This document shows positions 1 through 8,803 of a stretch of 64,000 nt of DNA, one piece after another (within the stretch, counting starts at the first letter, position 1; each line of letters starts with the position of its first letter). Source of the stretch: Alphaproteobacteria bacterium (GTDB taxonomy: Bacteria; Pseudomonadota; Alphaproteobacteria; Rs-D84); the NCBI GenBank assembly GCA_015062525.1, contig SUUM01000003.1:24012-88011 (forward strand), read 5' to 3'. The notes under the pieces were generated by a model. It saw only the letters and a program-made list of their open reading frames with translations, was not told where the DNA came from and did not search any database. Both the position numbers and the translations under genes were made by a program.

Positions 1-249
1 GGGAAACTTAAATCTTTTATCGCCAAACTGTAACCAGAACAACAAATCATACGATGATTCCAAACCAAACGGCATCTTGTACTGATAATAAATTTTGAAC
101 GGCAATTTTATTCCATACCGGGCATATCGTTGTTCACTCTTCAACGCAGACGGCGGATTATATTCATATTCAAACGCAGACAATTCACGCAAAATATTTT
201 TACGCGCCACCACTAACTCTGCGTTTTCAAAATTTACCTTCTTATTCAT
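1..249 (-). CDS. Hypothetical protein, N-terminal fragment (gene continues past the window start); start overlaps the lolE stop (ATGAATAA)
   Basis: Open frame on the minus strand from an ATG at 249-247 (MNKKVNFENAELVVARKNIL...) running to the window edge. The 8-nt overlap with the lolE stop suggests translational coupling. No Walker A motif, so it is not LolD. Confidence 0.35.
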   Translation of the reverse strand, partial: MNKKVNFENAELVVARKNILRELSAFEYEYNPPSALKSEQRYARYGIKLPFKIYYQYKMPFGLESSYDLLFWLQFGDKRFKFP

Positions 250-1495
250 TTCTCAGCACCTCGACCGGGTCTGTGTTTGCCGCCTTCCATGCTGGGTACA
301 GTGTTGCCAAAAACGCCAACAACACCGCAATCATGGCAATTCCCAACACATCTGTCCAAACCAACTTGGACGGCAATTCTGACAAATAATACAATTCCGC
401 TGGGAACAAATCACGCCCCGTAATCCATTGAAAGAACTGACGAATTGGTTCTATATAAATTGCAACCAGCACCCCAAATATCGTCCCAAAGAACGCACCA
501 ATCACCCCAATGGATGTGCCTGATAAAATAAATATCTTCATCATAGACTTGCGCGACACACCGAACGTACGCAGCACCGCAATATCTTTGTTTTTATCTT
601 TGACCAACATAACCAACGACGACACAATATTAAACGCCGCCACAATTACAATCAGCAACAAAATTAAAAACATAACATTTGATTCCACCTGCAATGCCCC
701 AACGAACCCACGGTTCAAATCGCGCCAATCACGCACCACAAAGCCATCTGGCAACAAACGCGCCAAACTTTCGACGACCGCCGTTGTATCTTCTGGATTA
801 TCCAAGAATAAATCAATATGGGTTACACTGTTTCCAATATTCAAATACTTCTGTGCGGTTTCCAACGGCATGAATATATACCCAGAATCATATTCATACA
901 TCCCCATAAAGAAAGAACTCATCACCGGGTACGACATAATCCGTGGCATAGAACCGAATGGTGTTGGTGTTGCATTATTGGCGGACACCAATGAAATACT
1001 GTCCCCCATACCAACACGCAAAGCCCGTGTAAGCGACGCCCCCGCCACCAATTCACCATCTGTTATCGCCGATAAATCCTTGCCATAGATACGCGTACCT
1101 GTCTTGGTCTTTTCCACCAAATCAGACATTCGAATACCGCGCACCATGGCACCTGTATTATTTCCATTGGCGGTTGCCATAACCTGACCCTCGGCAATTG
1201 GCACAATAGACACAACGCGTTGTGCAACGGCCTTGTTCTGCCGCATTTTATCAATCAAGAAATCAAAGTCAGAAATCGCACCATCCTGATGATACACGAC
1301 AACATGCCCGTTCATTCCAACGATACGTCCCAGCAACGTGTCATGAAAACCACCCATAACAGACATCACCACAATCAGTGTTGCCACCCCCAACATAATA
1401 CCAATCAGCGACACCCACGAAATCACAGAACCAAATCCGCGCTTTTTCGCACCCAAATATCTAAAAGCAATCTTTCTTTCTAACCTTGAAAACAT
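242..1495 (-). CDS. lolE: Lipoprotein-releasing system permease LolC/LolE (FtsX-like ABC permease with a MacB-type periplasmic domain)
   Basis: 417 aa. N-terminus MFSRLERKIAFRYLGAKKRGF...SLIGIMLGVATLIVVMSVMGGF, a large periplasmic domain, and a C-terminal FtsX 3-TM bundle: all typical of the LolC/E family. Confidence 0.85.
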   Translation of the reverse strand: MFSRLERKIAFRYLGAKKRGFGSVISWVSLIGIMLGVATLIVVMSVMGGFHDTLLGRIVGMNGHVVVYHQDGAISDFDFLIDKMRQNKAVAQRVVSIVPIAEGQVMATANGNNTGAMVRGIRMSDLVEKTKTGTRIYGKDLSAITDGELVAGASLTRALRVGMGDSISLVSANNATPTPFGSMPRIMSYPVMSSFFMGMYEYDSGYIFMPLETAQKYLNIGNSVTHIDLFLDNPEDTTAVVESLARLLPDGFVVRDWRDLNRGFVGALQVESNVMFLILLLIVIVAAFNIVSSLVMLVKDKNKDIAVLRTFGVSRKSMMKIFILSGTSIGVIGAFFGTIFGVLVAIYIEPIRQFFQWITGRDLFPAELYYLSELPSKLVWTDVLGIAMIAVLLAFLATLYPAWKAANTDPVEVLRNE

Positions 1496-1507
1496 ACTTT
1501 TCTATCC

Positions 1508-2836
1508 TTAGTCCTGTAAAAAATCCCGCAACGCATCCCCAATCAGTTCATTTGACTGTTCGATACCCGCATTATCTGCGATTGAAATCACCCGTGGCGA
1601 CATAAACACCACCAGTTCTGCAAACGGCGACACCAATGTTTCCGGTGTTGTTACAAACGAATGTGTCGGAATACCGATAATTACATAGTTATCACCAACG
1701 GTTGATGGGATATTAAACGAACTCAGTTCACCCTGGCTGGTGCGCAGAACAATCTTGGCATCAATTTTGTCGCGTCCGCCAAAGTCCCCATATGTCCCGG
1801 TCGCCCCAACAACCAAATCTGTTTCCAATCTTTCTTCGCGCCCACATTGACCAATATCAAACCGCGACTGCCAACCATTTGGAATTGCAAACGTCCCTTG
1901 GGAAATCAGAACAACATTCGCCTGTTGTCCTAAAAATTCCTGTAATGTTTTTGTGTTAATTTCTGGCCCCACGACAAGTGCGCGCCCAACAACACCCGGG
2001 ATTGACATTTTAATATTCTTTTCCCCAAACGCAGGCAACAAATTCATCCACACAATCGGATTGTCCGTCCGTGGATACACACGATACACATCAATATCCC
2101 ACGCCAACATATATTTCTTGCCTGAAATATCTGCGATTATTTTCGCGACTTCGCGTTCTGTCTGATAATTACCCTCGAACACAACGGTTTTGTCCGCCCA
2201 ATCGACCAACAAATTACGCATATCCGCCCCATGCATCGCATCCAGCAATGCCATAATTATCGTCTGGTCCTGGGGCATTTTAATCAGCCACTTTGCCCGA
2301 TGCGACAAATTCAATTCACCATTTTGCGCATCGTACGAATAGTACACACGTCCCATCTTGGTCATTAATTCAACCGCATCTGACAAATCCCCCGATGAAA
2401 TAGTCCCCGTGATTTTTTCATACAATGCGCCCTGTTCCACCACAGCAATATCGGTTCCATCCAATAATTTATCCAGCGCATTTTTCACCGTCAAATCCTT
2501 GAATTCATAATCAGAAACTTGTAATTCCGGCAACGCGTCGCCCGCCCCCAATCGTACCATTTCGATATGTTCCGCTGGCACCACCGACACAACACTTTGG
2601 TTATCCCAGTCCACCTCGCACCGCATTGGCAATTCCACCGAGAATCGTCGCGCAGTATCCGTGGTCAACGCCGCTTTCTTTGGGAAAATCGGCACAGAAT
2701 TTTCATCAATTACCAAATCATCAACAACCGTGATATTGTCATACAACGGCATATTTTGTTGTTGCTGTTGTGCACATCCCACAACCAGCCCCACACAAAA
2801 TATCCCAATCAAACTTTTCATAAACTTCATTATCAT
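1508..2836 (-). CDS. Secretin-family outer-membrane lipoprotein (BfpB/TcpC/PilN-like small secretin)
   Basis: Signal peptide plus lipobox LVVGC. A strong AAGGAG RBS lies 5 nt upstream of the ATG. The C-terminal ~135 aa resemble the secretin domain (…LVVGATGTYGDFGGRDKIDAKIVLRT…GDNYVIIGIPTHSFVTTPE…ELVVFMSPRVI). N0/N1-like repeats lie upstream (FKDLTVKNALDKLLDGTDI…). Confidence 0.5.
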   Translation of the reverse strand: MIMKFMKSLIGIFCVGLVVGCAQQQQQNMPLYDNITVVDDLVIDENSVPIFPKKAALTTDTARRFSVELPMRCEVDWDNQSVVSVVPAEHIEMVRLGAGDALPELQVSDYEFKDLTVKNALDKLLDGTDIAVVEQGALYEKITGTISSGDLSDAVELMTKMGRVYYSYDAQNGELNLSHRAKWLIKMPQDQTIIMALLDAMHGADMRNLLVDWADKTVVFEGNYQTEREVAKIIADISGKKYMLAWDIDVYRVYPRTDNPIVWMNLLPAFGEKNIKMSIPGVVGRALVVGPEINTKTLQEFLGQQANVVLISQGTFAIPNGWQSRFDIGQCGREERLETDLVVGATGTYGDFGGRDKIDAKIVLRTSQGELSSFNIPSTVGDNYVIIGIPTHSFVTTPETLVSPFAELVVFMSPRVISIADNAGIEQSNELIGDALRDFLQD

Positions 2837-2881
2837 TATCTCCTTTCACTGCACTCTGAACTCTGCACCCTGCAAACTGGC

Positions 2882-3205
2882 TCAGATATTCATTACCCTT
2901 TCAAATTCTTCCAGCGTCATTTCATGAATTGGCTTTTGCGACGGTGTCGTCAAATCACGCACGCGTTCAAACTGCGCCGCAAATCGATTAACCAATGCAA
3001 CAATTTCCGCACCAACGTTTTTATTTTGTTCTATCAATCTGCGTCCATATTCGACAACATATTCCAACACATCCGCCATATAGAACCGCCCAACATAGTT
3101 TTCCATTGCAATTCCGCCCTTTTGCACACATATCGCCGACATCAGCATAGCGGTCTGATTGTAATAATTTGCCAATTTAATAAATTGTTGCACAGTAATT
3201 GCCAT
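2882..3205 (-). CDS. Hypothetical protein (107 aa)
   Basis: ORF between the secretin-like gene and a divergent lipoprotein gene. No recognisable motif. Confidence 0.4.
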   Translation of the reverse strand: MAITVQQFIKLANYYNQTAMLMSAICVQKGGIAMENYVGRFYMADVLEYVVEYGRRLIEQNKNVGAEIVALVNRFAAQFERVRDLTTPSQKPIHEMTLEEFERVMNI

Positions 3206-3282
3206 GGGCGTTGTTCCTTCTCTCTTTTTTCATATTATAAAAACTATTGCCCCCCAAACGCAATTAAATTATAATATAAAAC

Positions 3283-3669
3283 ATGAGAATAAATTTTCCA
3301 ACAATCTTGGTATCAATTTTCTTGGCGTCCTGCGCATCTGTCAACCGTGGCAGCATTGATGACGCAACTGTCCTGAACTGGGAAAACGAAGCGGTCACCA
3401 CCGAACAATTCGTTCGCGACCACAAAGCATGCCTTGGGATAACCAAGCCATCGCACCAGCCACGTTCCCGTATTGCAAAATTAATCGCCCCGAACCAGGC
3501 CGCAATTATGCCCGACTGGGATGGACTGTGGGTTACATTTCAGTCAAACGAATATCGCGACGTGGGCCAGCGCAGTTTAATGTCCGTTCCCCGCAATACC
3601 ACATCTAAATCGGTTGGCGCATACCGCAAATGTATGTTTCGACGTGGGTATTTATTGCGCGCTATGTAA
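3283..3669 (+). CDS. Hypothetical lipoprotein (128 aa)
   Basis: Signal peptide with lipobox (MRINFPTILVSIFLASCAS). Followed by a hairpin terminator. Confidence 0.5.
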   Translation: MRINFPTILVSIFLASCASVNRGSIDDATVLNWENEAVTTEQFVRDHKACLGITKPSHQPRSRIAKLIAPNQAAIMPDWDGLWVTFQSNEYRDVGQRSLMSVPRNTTSKSVGAYRKCMFRRGYLLRAM

Positions 3670-3794
3670 ATTGGAATATACACCTATACAAAACCAAGTC
3701 AAAATATCACATAATACAAAACGCGGACACTGCACGAACAAACCCAAAGGGCTTCTAGGGCCCCGAACCCACATCCCTAAATGCATTGTTTGCG

Positions 3795-3821
3795 AAAATC
3801 CCGGCACCCCCGGGATTTTTT
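3795..3821 (+). terminator. Rho-independent terminator hairpin (aaaatcccggcacccccgggatttttt)
   Basis: 10-bp GC-rich stem plus a T-run, read directly from the sequence. Confidence 0.5.
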
Positions 3822-4053
3822 ATTTGAAATTTGTTGAAATTATAAAATTTATAATCTAAAATCCCACCGTACGCGGTACTAATACAATGACGTGATTAAC
3901 GACCACCGAGTGTTGTACCACAAACAAAAGTTATAAATCAGGGTGGCACCGCGCAGCCGAATTGACTTGCGCCCCTGAAAATTAACAAATGAAACAGGGT
4001 GCCGAAATTCCAAATTTTGTTTTTCGCGCCCGAAATAAAAAAAAGGGACCAAA

Positions 4054-5823
4054 ATGTTATCTTTGAAATCAAAGTACAGAACGCATACATGTGGTGAACT
4101 GAACACATCTAATGTGGGCGAAAGTGTTGTTTTATCGGGTTGGGTACATCGCAAACGCGACCACGGGTCATTGATGTTTATTGACCTGCGTGATAATTAC
4201 GGTATTACCCAGGTGGTTTTTGACGGTGGTAACGAGGCGTTGGAAAAAGTACGCCCGGAATCCGTGATTAAGGTTGTTGGCACGGTTGTTGCGCGTGATA
4301 CGTCGGCCGTCAATGATAAAATTCCAACCGGTGGTATTGAAATTCAGGCAGAATCTTTCGAGGTTTTAACAAACGCAGACATCTTGCCATTCCAGGTATT
4401 TGGCGACGATGATTCTGTTGCCGAAGATTTAAGATTAAAATATCGCTATATCGATTTAAGACGCGAAAGTCTGCACAAAAACATTTTGTTCCGTAATCGG
4501 GTAATGAAATATATTCGTGATAAAATGTGGGACATGGGCTTTTCAGAATTTCAGACACCTATTTTGACCGCGTCATCGCCAGAGGGCGCACGCGACTTTA
4601 TCGTCCCCAGCCGCAATCATCATGGGATGTTCTATGCCCTGCCCCAGGCACCACAGCAGTTTAAGCAGTTTATTCAGATTTCTGGATTTGACCGCTATTT
4701 CCAGATTGCGCCATGTTTCCGCGACGAAGATTTGCGTGCGGACAGATTGCTGGAATTTTATCAGTTGGATTTGGAAATGTCGTTTGTGGACCTGCCAGAC
4801 ATTCAGGCCGTCGGTAATAAATTAATGCCGGAAATGATACGCGAATTTGTGCCTGGCGCAAAAATATGTCCAGAAATTCCACACATCCCATTTGACGAAG
4901 CGATGCTGAAATATGGTTCAGATAAACCTGATTTGCGTAATCCAATTATTATTCATGACGTGACGGAAATTTTCCGCGGGTCTGATTTTGGTATTTTTGC
5001 AAATGCCATTGAAAATGGTGCCGTTGTGCGTGCAATCCCGGCACCAAATTCTGCGGATAAACCACGTTCTTGGTTTGATAAATTGGGCGAATTTGCGGTT
5101 AAAGAATTGGGCCTGGGTGGATTGGGCTATATCGTGTTCGCCGAAGAAGCCAAGGGACCAGTTGCGAAAAAGTTAGATGCGGGGCGCATCGCAAAGTTGC
5201 GCGAAATCGCAGGTGATAATTCATCATTGTTCTTTGTTTGTGATGAAAAAAATACCGCAGCCAAGGCCGCCGGTAAATTGCGCAATAAATTGGGCGATGA
5301 TTTGGGCCTAATTGACCCAAAAGAATTTAGATTCTGTTGGATAGAAGAATTCCCATTTTTTGAAGCGGACGAAGAATCACCAACGGGTATTGCATTTACG
5401 CATAATCCGTTCTCGTTCCCGATGGCAACACTGGAAGAATTGAATACAAAAAATCCTTTGGAAATCAAGGCTGCGCAATTTGACATGGTGTTAAATGGTG
5501 CGGAAATCTGCAGTGGTGGCTTGCGAAACTTTAACCCACAGGTTATGTTAAAATGCTTTGACATCACCGGGTACAGCGAAGATGTGGTCAAGGAAAAGTT
5601 CGGTGGTATGTACACCGCATTCCAATACGGTGCGCCACCACACGGTGGTTGTGCGTTCGGTTTGGACAGATTGGTTCAAATTATGCTGGATGAACCAAAC
5701 CTGCGCCAGGTTGTGATTTTCCCAACCAATCAACGCGGGCAAGACCTGATGATGGGGGCACCAACAACTGTAACAGAAAAGCAGTTGCGTGAAGTACACA
5801 TTCAGGTTCGCAAAAAGAACTAA
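4054..5823 (+). CDS. aspS: Aspartate--tRNA ligase
   Basis: 589 aa. Class II aaRS motifs present (…FYALPQAPQQFKQ…, GGCAFGLDRLV). N-terminal anticodon-binding OB fold. Terminator hairpin at 5826-5850. Confidence 0.95.
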   Translation: MLSLKSKYRTHTCGELNTSNVGESVVLSGWVHRKRDHGSLMFIDLRDNYGITQVVFDGGNEALEKVRPESVIKVVGTVVARDTSAVNDKIPTGGIEIQAESFEVLTNADILPFQVFGDDDSVAEDLRLKYRYIDLRRESLHKNILFRNRVMKYIRDKMWDMGFSEFQTPILTASSPEGARDFIVPSRNHHGMFYALPQAPQQFKQFIQISGFDRYFQIAPCFRDEDLRADRLLEFYQLDLEMSFVDLPDIQAVGNKLMPEMIREFVPGAKICPEIPHIPFDEAMLKYGSDKPDLRNPIIIHDVTEIFRGSDFGIFANAIENGAVVRAIPAPNSADKPRSWFDKLGEFAVKELGLGGLGYIVFAEEAKGPVAKKLDAGRIAKLREIAGDNSSLFFVCDEKNTAAKAAGKLRNKLGDDLGLIDPKEFRFCWIEEFPFFEADEESPTGIAFTHNPFSFPMATLEELNTKNPLEIKAAQFDMVLNGAEICSGGLRNFNPQVMLKCFDITGYSEDVVKEKFGGMYTAFQYGAPPHGGCAFGLDRLVQIMLDEPNLRQVVIFPTNQRGQDLMMGAPTTVTEKQLREVHIQVRKKN

Positions 5824-5825
5824 AC

Positions 5826-5850
5826 AAAATCCCCCATCTGGGGGATTTTT
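5826..5850 (+). terminator. Rho-independent terminator after aspS (aaaatcccccatctgggggatttt)
   Basis: Perfect 10-bp stem with a 4-nt loop, followed by a T-run. Confidence 0.6.
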
Positions 5851-5923
5851 AAATTGGAATTCATACCTGTTGGAAAAGATTTTTTTCCACATATAATTTC
5901 GTGCATAAAATAAGAGAGAAAAT

Positions 5924-6274
5924 ATGCACAAAAATATAAATCAATTATGTGATTTGTTGGGACTGAATCAATACCAAAGTGGTAAATTGAAAATGCATTG
6001 TGAACGGTATGATTTTTCCAGACTGCAACAACGTGGTGGGGTGTTGTATGCACCATATGCAACACACGGCATGCGACAATTTTTGGAAAAATTATTGCTG
6101 GGCGCGCGTGCGGATTTAATTGGAAAAAACACAATGCTGTTGCGGGCGCAACGTGGTATTCGGTTTTGTGCAAATGGGTATCATTGTGTACGTGCGGGAC
6201 GATATACATACTATGCAGATGCAATGGGACGCGTAATTTCACGTCGTGAATTTATGGAAAATAAATCCAATTAA
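5924..6274 (+). CDS. Hypothetical protein (116 aa), low confidence
   Basis: ORF with an AGAGAG RBS-like stretch 8 nt upstream. Its 3' end overlaps the end of the convergent AsmA-like gene. No motif recognised. Confidence 0.3.
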   Translation: MHKNINQLCDLLGLNQYQSGKLKMHCERYDFSRLQQRGGVLYAPYATHGMRQFLEKLLLGARADLIGKNTMLLRAQRGIRFCANGYHCVRAGRYTYYADAMGRVISRREFMENKSN

Positions 6275-8745
6275 AACTTGTCATGTGTTTTTACAAATGC
6301 ACGCATAAATCCCGGGTCAATTTGACGCATTATATCCGACAGGGAATAAGCACGTGTATTGTCCGGCATGATACTTAGTTGTATTGTTGCAGGTGTTGGT
6401 GCCGTACCGCGCAATGTTAAATCAAATTCCGCCGTCATAAACCCGTCAGTTATTGCAAAACCACCAACACCGTCTGTGTGGCGCATAGATATTTTTGCAG
6501 GTGCGGTTGTGATAAAATTACCACGTTCATAGTCGCCAATAATCTGCAATTGTTTCAATTTTGTTTCACCACCCGTTAATGCGCGCGCCAATGCATATTC
6601 TGCGTTGAATGAAGTTATGTTTTCTGCGGACGCATAAAATTCATCAAAACCAAAGCCCGATATAACACCACCATCAAATGTTAAATCCAGATTCCCGCGC
6701 AGATTATAATATATGTCATGGGCAATCTGGCCATTGGTGTTCATGGCAATTTGACCCGTTATCATTGTATCACGAATGTTCAATGGCATATTCTCAGACA
6801 GCAACCAACCGTTAATTACAAATTGATTCAGTTGCACAAATATTTCATAGTTTGTTTTATCGCGTTCAATTGTGGCAAGCATATTTCCACGGTCTGCATC
6901 CATAATAGAAAATGTTTGGGCGTTTGGTTTTAACGAATATACAAAATTCTTGTATTCATTGCCGTTGTAAATCAAACTCTGTGCGGACAATGAAATTTTA
7001 GCAGGTATGTTAAATAATATTAACAAGGGTTCATTTGTTCTAAATTCCAATTCTGCATAATTATCTATAAACGCTTGATTTATGAATGCATCAATGGACA
7101 GAACAGGTGTATGCAAGGTGATACTGTCATCGGATGCACTGCCAACAAATTCGTAATCACCCAGACGCAATGTCAGGTTTGATATTTTTCCATCTTGGTA
7201 AAAACCAGAAATAGTATATTTTGAATCATTGATTGATTGTAAATCTATGTTCGGAAACCATGCTTTGAAACTGTTGCCGGTCAAATAAAAATAGTTATCG
7301 TATTGGGATAATTGCCAATTACCACTGTACGGTGTAAATGTCAACATTCCGCCACGCCATGCAAAATCACCACGATCTGATTTCATAAAGTCGGGCAGGA
7401 ATGGAATATTTGCCCCCATGAAATCCAAAGTTTTGTTTTTAGCAAAGTTATATGAAACCCGGGTTTCTTTTTCGTCGATTTCATATATGCCACCAATGTC
7501 TGAAAATTGGAAAGAAACGCGTCCGCGCGACCCAAGTTTTTTGATGTCATTCAAAAATTTGTTCGTTTCTGGCATGGGGGTATCAGACAAAATCGTTATG
7601 TCAAACGTATCGCCATCAACGGAAATATTGCCCGATATATCGCCATACGAAAACACGGCGCAGTTCCATTTTTGTGGTGTCCCAGAAAACAAGCACATAG
7701 AATTTACACCATCAATGGGCATTGTTATCATCAGATTATCCGCACCATCCGCGGAAATCGTGCCACCTGTTATGGCAATGTCATCGATAACAACATTTGC
7801 AATCTGTAGTTTGTCAGATTCGCCAACCGCTTGAATGCGCAGGTGATTAAATTTGTACTTATCAAATTTCAGGTTTCCATAAAAATCAATATTCAGATTG
7901 GTTTTATGTATCAATTTGCCCGGATTTTTTAGAAATGAAAAATCATAATCTATATCTTCGGACACTAATTGAATATTTTTTTCGCCATTGGGTAAAATTT
8001 CTATGTTGCCAGAAATGTGGTCGGTATTTATATTGGTCAGTTTATAACTGTTGCCACCGCTCCATTCAAAATTCGTACTAAGTTTTATTGGACGGGATGT
8101 GCGTGGGGCATCAAATCCAAACCAAGAATTTATATCGTCTGTTTCAATCGATACATGGCCACGAATTGTGCCATCGGAATATATCTGTCCCGTCATCTCA
8201 AGGTTATTGTTTTTGTTTTCTATGCTGAATGTATCACCAGAAAATTCAACATCATATTTGTGATTTGCCGTGCGTATAATTCCATTAAATTCGCCATTGG
8301 AAAATTTTGCGCGGACAATATGAAATTTACGCCCCATAAAGTCTATGTTGCTGTTATAAATTTCAATAGTGTGATTAAAATTTGCGGCGGCCAGTTCGTC
8401 AATTGTTATATCTGCATCATAAACAACAACCGCTTTTTTTAATTCGGCGTGTTCCAGGTCAAAGAAATCGCGAAATGGAATAGATAACATCACGGCGCCG
8501 ATACGGGCGGTTGGTACAACAACATCATGTGCAACAATTGTTGCGCCACCAACAAGACTGAAATGAATGTCGCCATTCAATTTTGCCGGCACCGCCATTT
8601 GTTCATAAATTGATTTTTCGATTACAGGGCGAAATTTATTCAGGGTTATCATAGGCGGAATAATAATAACGGCCAAAACAAACACACCGATGATGCCCAC
8701 CAGCGTCCAGAATATTCTGCGTCTATATCTGGGTTTTAATGCCAT
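6271..8745 (-). CDS. AsmA-family large envelope protein (N-terminal membrane anchor, periplasmic beta-rich body)
   Basis: 824 aa. N-terminal TM segment (FWTLVGIIGVFVLAVIIIPPM) followed by a long low-complexity beta-rich domain, as in AsmA/TamB-like proteins. Confidence 0.5.
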   Translation of the reverse strand: MALKPRYRRRIFWTLVGIIGVFVLAVIIIPPMITLNKFRPVIEKSIYEQMAVPAKLNGDIHFSLVGGATIVAHDVVVPTARIGAVMLSIPFRDFFDLEHAELKKAVVVYDADITIDELAAANFNHTIEIYNSNIDFMGRKFHIVRAKFSNGEFNGIIRTANHKYDVEFSGDTFSIENKNNNLEMTGQIYSDGTIRGHVSIETDDINSWFGFDAPRTSRPIKLSTNFEWSGGNSYKLTNINTDHISGNIEILPNGEKNIQLVSEDIDYDFSFLKNPGKLIHKTNLNIDFYGNLKFDKYKFNHLRIQAVGESDKLQIANVVIDDIAITGGTISADGADNLMITMPIDGVNSMCLFSGTPQKWNCAVFSYGDISGNISVDGDTFDITILSDTPMPETNKFLNDIKKLGSRGRVSFQFSDIGGIYEIDEKETRVSYNFAKNKTLDFMGANIPFLPDFMKSDRGDFAWRGGMLTFTPYSGNWQLSQYDNYFYLTGNSFKAWFPNIDLQSINDSKYTISGFYQDGKISNLTLRLGDYEFVGSASDDSITLHTPVLSIDAFINQAFIDNYAELEFRTNEPLLILFNIPAKISLSAQSLIYNGNEYKNFVYSLKPNAQTFSIMDADRGNMLATIERDKTNYEIFVQLNQFVINGWLLSENMPLNIRDTMITGQIAMNTNGQIAHDIYYNLRGNLDLTFDGGVISGFGFDEFYASAENITSFNAEYALARALTGGETKLKQLQIIGDYERGNFITTAPAKISMRHTDGVGGFAITDGFMTAEFDLTLRGTAPTPATIQLSIMPDNTRAYSLSDIMRQIDPGFMRAFVKTHDKF

Positions 8746-8803
8746 TCTCTACTCCCTTGTATTTTCATTATAATGGATTATACTCTATATTGTGAATAAA
8801 AAA

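Noticed and set aside
2740-2790. Poly-glutamine codon run (CAA/CAG x5) after the lipobox of the secretin-like gene, considered as a phase-variable SSR
   Set aside because: The run is only five mixed CAA/CAG codons, too short and heterogeneous for slipped-strand mispairing.
3879-4154. 91-aa ORF on the minus strand overlapping the aspS start
   Set aside because: It overlaps a confidently called housekeeping gene and its promoter region, with no supporting signals.
5820-6242. 140-aa His-rich ORF on the minus strand, opposite the 116-aa plus-strand ORF
   Set aside because: It would begin inside the aspS terminator and run antisense to a better-supported plus-strand ORF. Only one of the two can be real, and both are low confidence.
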